Origin: a virus
Length of the DNA: 42,294 nucleotides
Strand: one strand, 5' to 3'
Virus record (IMG/VR): IMGVR_UViG_3300000969_000003
Location: 1 to 42,294 of that record
Shown here: piece after piece, positions 40,257 through 42,294 of the stretch
Numbering within the stretch: the stretch's first letter is position 1
How the letters are laid out: each line of letters begins with the position of its first letter
Notes under the pieces: model-generated
Told to the model about the DNA's origin: nothing
Seen by the model: only the letters and a program-made list of their open reading frames with translations
Database searches by the model: none
Made by a program: the position numbers and the translations under genes

Positions 40257-42294
40257 TTAGATTGTTGGGATATTTTGATGCACCGTGTGCGTATTTGAGA
40301 TTAATTGCTTGGACTCTGTGTCATAGGTTTTGGACTGCATACAAACATCAAAGAAGCCATTGGGTCTTGCGTCATTTATTCGAATCCTACCCTTCCTATT
40401 TGACCCTTGACTCACAGCTTCTTTGAACTTTGAGACAAATTCTTTCATGCTATATTCTTTACCTTTACCAATCCACCAATCATTAAAACTTGTGAGTAAA
40501 TCTGATGTTTTTACAAAAGTACATTTGCCATTGAGGGGCTTAACTTCAACAGAGCCTGTTTCTTCCATCCAATCAATAACAGGGTTAGATTGACTAAAAT
40601 AATCCTGTACCCAGTCGCTAATGACCTTAGAATCAGTAAAACGACCATTCTTCTCAAGCCTCACATATCCCTCTAAAAAGAAATTAAATATTCCTGAGAG
40701 CTCAGCTTCTAATTTCTCAGGAAGTGAGTAATCTATATTCCCACGCTGCTCGGTGTACTCATTATTGAAAGGAACCAGGATTAGTCTATTTCTGATCGCT
40801 GTATTGGTCTCAGCAAGCTCTGGTAGTTTATTACATGCAAAGATAAGCTTAGCCCTTGCTTCAGTTGTGTAAGGGTTTCCATACATTTGACGAACCATTA
40901 TTGTTCCATCTCCTGTCATTTTCTTTAACTCTCCAATGTCTCTGAAATCATTTTTATTGATCTCATCACAAAAGTTAAAGAGCTTCCCTTCCATTAGCTG
41001 CTTATTAATATCGCGTCCCATGCTCCCCATCGGAACATCAGAGCAATTTTTCTTTCCTGCTAATTTCTTAAGTACATTTACTAGCGTTCCCTTACCATTA
41101 CGTCCACCACCAGTGAGCATAAGAAACTTATGATATTTATACTTATCACCTGAAAGGGCATACCCTCCAAACTCTTGTATTATTTTGACCATGTTCTCAT
41201 CATTCATGAGAACGTCCTTTATAAATTTTTCAAATGCAGGGGCTTTGGCTTCAGGGTCATAAGAGTATGGAAGGATATACCGAAAACCAAACTCAGGTGA
41301 GTGTGGTACTAATTCTTTTGTTTTTAAATTCAGGACTCCATTTTGAAAGTTGAGCAGTCCATTGGTCTTCTCAGTAAAGAACTCTATTGGGACTAAGTTA
41401 TCAACTTTCACAGTGTCAGCAAATTCTTTCCTGGTCTTCTCTGTTACGTTTGGACTGAAGTGTTTTCTCGCAAACCCTTTGAGCTCAGTCATAGTAAAGA
41501 GTTGATAGTGATTTTCTCTATAAACATAAACTGCGCCAGCGGTATTGATAGTTTTAAAAGGTGTTTCTTTGTTAAAGAATTTCACAAGATCATCAACTTG
41601 GGGAATAGGTCTCCCCTTAGCATCATAGCGGTGAAAACCTGAGTCAGCAGTCGCAATGAACTCCTCTCCTTTGAAAGAAACAGGAGAGTTAACTTTTTGA
41701 TAGTGAGGACACTTTGAGCACTTGCCCCAAATGGCATCAATACCCTGACAAGTACGAGGGCCTGACATATTGAGAGCCTGGTCTATCTTTTTCTCAACCT
41801 CATCAAAAGAGTAAGAAGCAACTGAGGTATCATTTGAAGTCTCACTAATCTTTTGTTGAAGAGTGTGGGCTCTCTTACTTCCATCGTCCATGCGTGCCAT
41901 GATTGAAAGTCCTGCATAATATTGCGGCTCTCTTACCTCTCCTGGACTATCACGCAACCACTGGAAGAAATTACACTGCTTATATATTTCTTTGTGATCT
42001 ATAGCTGCATTATTTTTAGGATTCCAGTCACTAATATGGTGAACCTCTTGAACTGTAGCAATCTTTGAAACGCCCTCCCAGTCAAACTCTTGAGCTTCTA
42101 TATTCGCTTGAAGCATGCGCGCTTGTTTGATTCCTTTCTTCTCTTTTCTATTTTCAGTATTAGGAAGTCTCAGGATTCTAGCAGGAGACCATACACTTGA
42201 GTCCATGTCTCCTGGAAGTCCAGCTTTCTTAAGCATTGAATCGTATTCAGAACATATACTTTTATAGTGAGCTCTCTTTTCCTGGAAAAAAGAA
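40257..42294 (-). CDS. Primase-polymerase / P4-D5-type SF3 helicase, C-terminal part of the junction-spanning gene (total 810 aa after removing one repeat copy)
   Basis: The frame is open upstream of the listed Met (..SFFQEKRAHYKSICSEYDSMLKKAGLPGD..). RLPNTENRK is an AEP motif III-like segment. LMLTGGGRNGKGT is a Walker A of P4-family primase/helicase, and FNFCDE is Walker B-like. A large D5_N-like middle region is present. Confidence 0.85.
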   Translation of the reverse strand, partial: SFFQEKRAHYKSICSEYDSMLKKAGLPGDMDSSVWSPARILRLPNTENRKEKKGIKQARMLQANIEAQEFDWEGVSKIATVQEVHHISDWNPKNNAAIDHKEIYKQCNFFQWLRDSPGEVREPQYYAGLSIMARMDDGSKRAHTLQQKISETSNDTSVASYSFDEVEKKIDQALNMSGPRTCQGIDAIWGKCSKCPHYQKVNSPVSFKGEEFIATADSGFHRYDAKGRPIPQVDDLVKFFNKETPFKTINTAGAVYVYRENHYQLFTMTELKGFARKHFSPNVTEKTRKEFADTVKVDNLVPIEFFTEKTNGLLNFQNGVLNLKTKELVPHSPEFGFRYILPYSYDPEAKAPAFEKFIKDVLMNDENMVKIIQEFGGYALSGDKYKYHKFLMLTGGGRNGKGTLVNVLKKLAGKKNCSDVPMGSMGRDINKQLMEGKLFNFCDEINKNDFRDIGELKKMTGDGTIMVRQMYGNPYTTEARAKLIFACNKLPELAETNTAIRNRLILVPFNNEYTEQRGNIDYSLPEKLEAELSGIFNFFLEGYVRLEKNGRFTDSKVISDWVQDYFSQSNPVIDWMEETGSVEVKPLNGKCTFVKTSDLLTSFNDWWIGKGKEYSMKEFVSKFKEAVSQGSNRKGRIRINDARPNGFFDVCMQSKTYDTESKQLISNTHTVHQNIPTI
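42246..42294. repeat. 49-bp terminal direct repeat, copy 2 (identical to 1..49)
   Basis: Same 49-mer as positions 1..49. Confidence 0.95.

Noticed and set aside
1-42294. Lysogeny module, transposase/IS, DGR reverse transcriptase, tRNA genes
   Set aside because: Reading all listed ORFs, I recognised no integrase, recombinase, CI/Cro-like HTH repressor, reverse transcriptase or transposase signatures. Absence by eye is not proof and needs HMM searches.

Overview
The window is a complete, circularly closed genome of a tailed dsDNA phage. The first 49 nt are identical to the last 49 nt, so the unique length is 42,245 bp.

Layout:
- A minus-strand gene for an AEP primase-polymerase fused to a P4/D5-type helicase crosses the window junction (444..1 continuing 42245..40257).
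- A ~530-nt ORF-free control region (445..977) separates that gene from a plus-strand early/replication operon (978..11089). This operon holds many small ORFs, an SNF2 helicase, a Pif1/RecD-like helicase, a family-A DNA polymerase and a VRR-NUC nuclease.
- One long minus-strand late operon runs 39704..11067. In order it encodes TerS, TerL, portal, a MuF-like protein, scaffold, major capsid, connectors, sheath, tube, chaperone, tape measure, a LysM protein, hub, spike, gp25-like wedge, baseplate J and a gpI-like protein. These are followed by fibre-like and exported proteins, a lysis cassette with an M15 endolysin, two more fibre-like genes and four unknown genes.
- The tail module is contractile (Mu/PBSX-like order).
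- I recognised no integrase, repressor, tRNA, rRNA, CRISPR array or transposase.

Most notable non-genic signals:
- An iteron-rich, AT-cored putative origin sits just downstream of the primase gene (about 39999..40340).
- A direct-repeat array lies upstream of the late operon (39781..39949).
- A roughly 23-nt leader motif is shared by three genes that start an operon or operon segment.

Most notable coding oddities:
- Three mutually overlapping ORFs carry dnaX-type slippery heptamers (1763..2662).
- Exported proteins and the lysis cassette are embedded among tail-fibre genes.
- An overlapped gene pair in the lysis cassette resembles a spanin arrangement.
- A ~50% GC patch lies inside the baseplate hub gene.

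All functional calls rest on motifs I recognise by eye plus gene order; no database search was possible.
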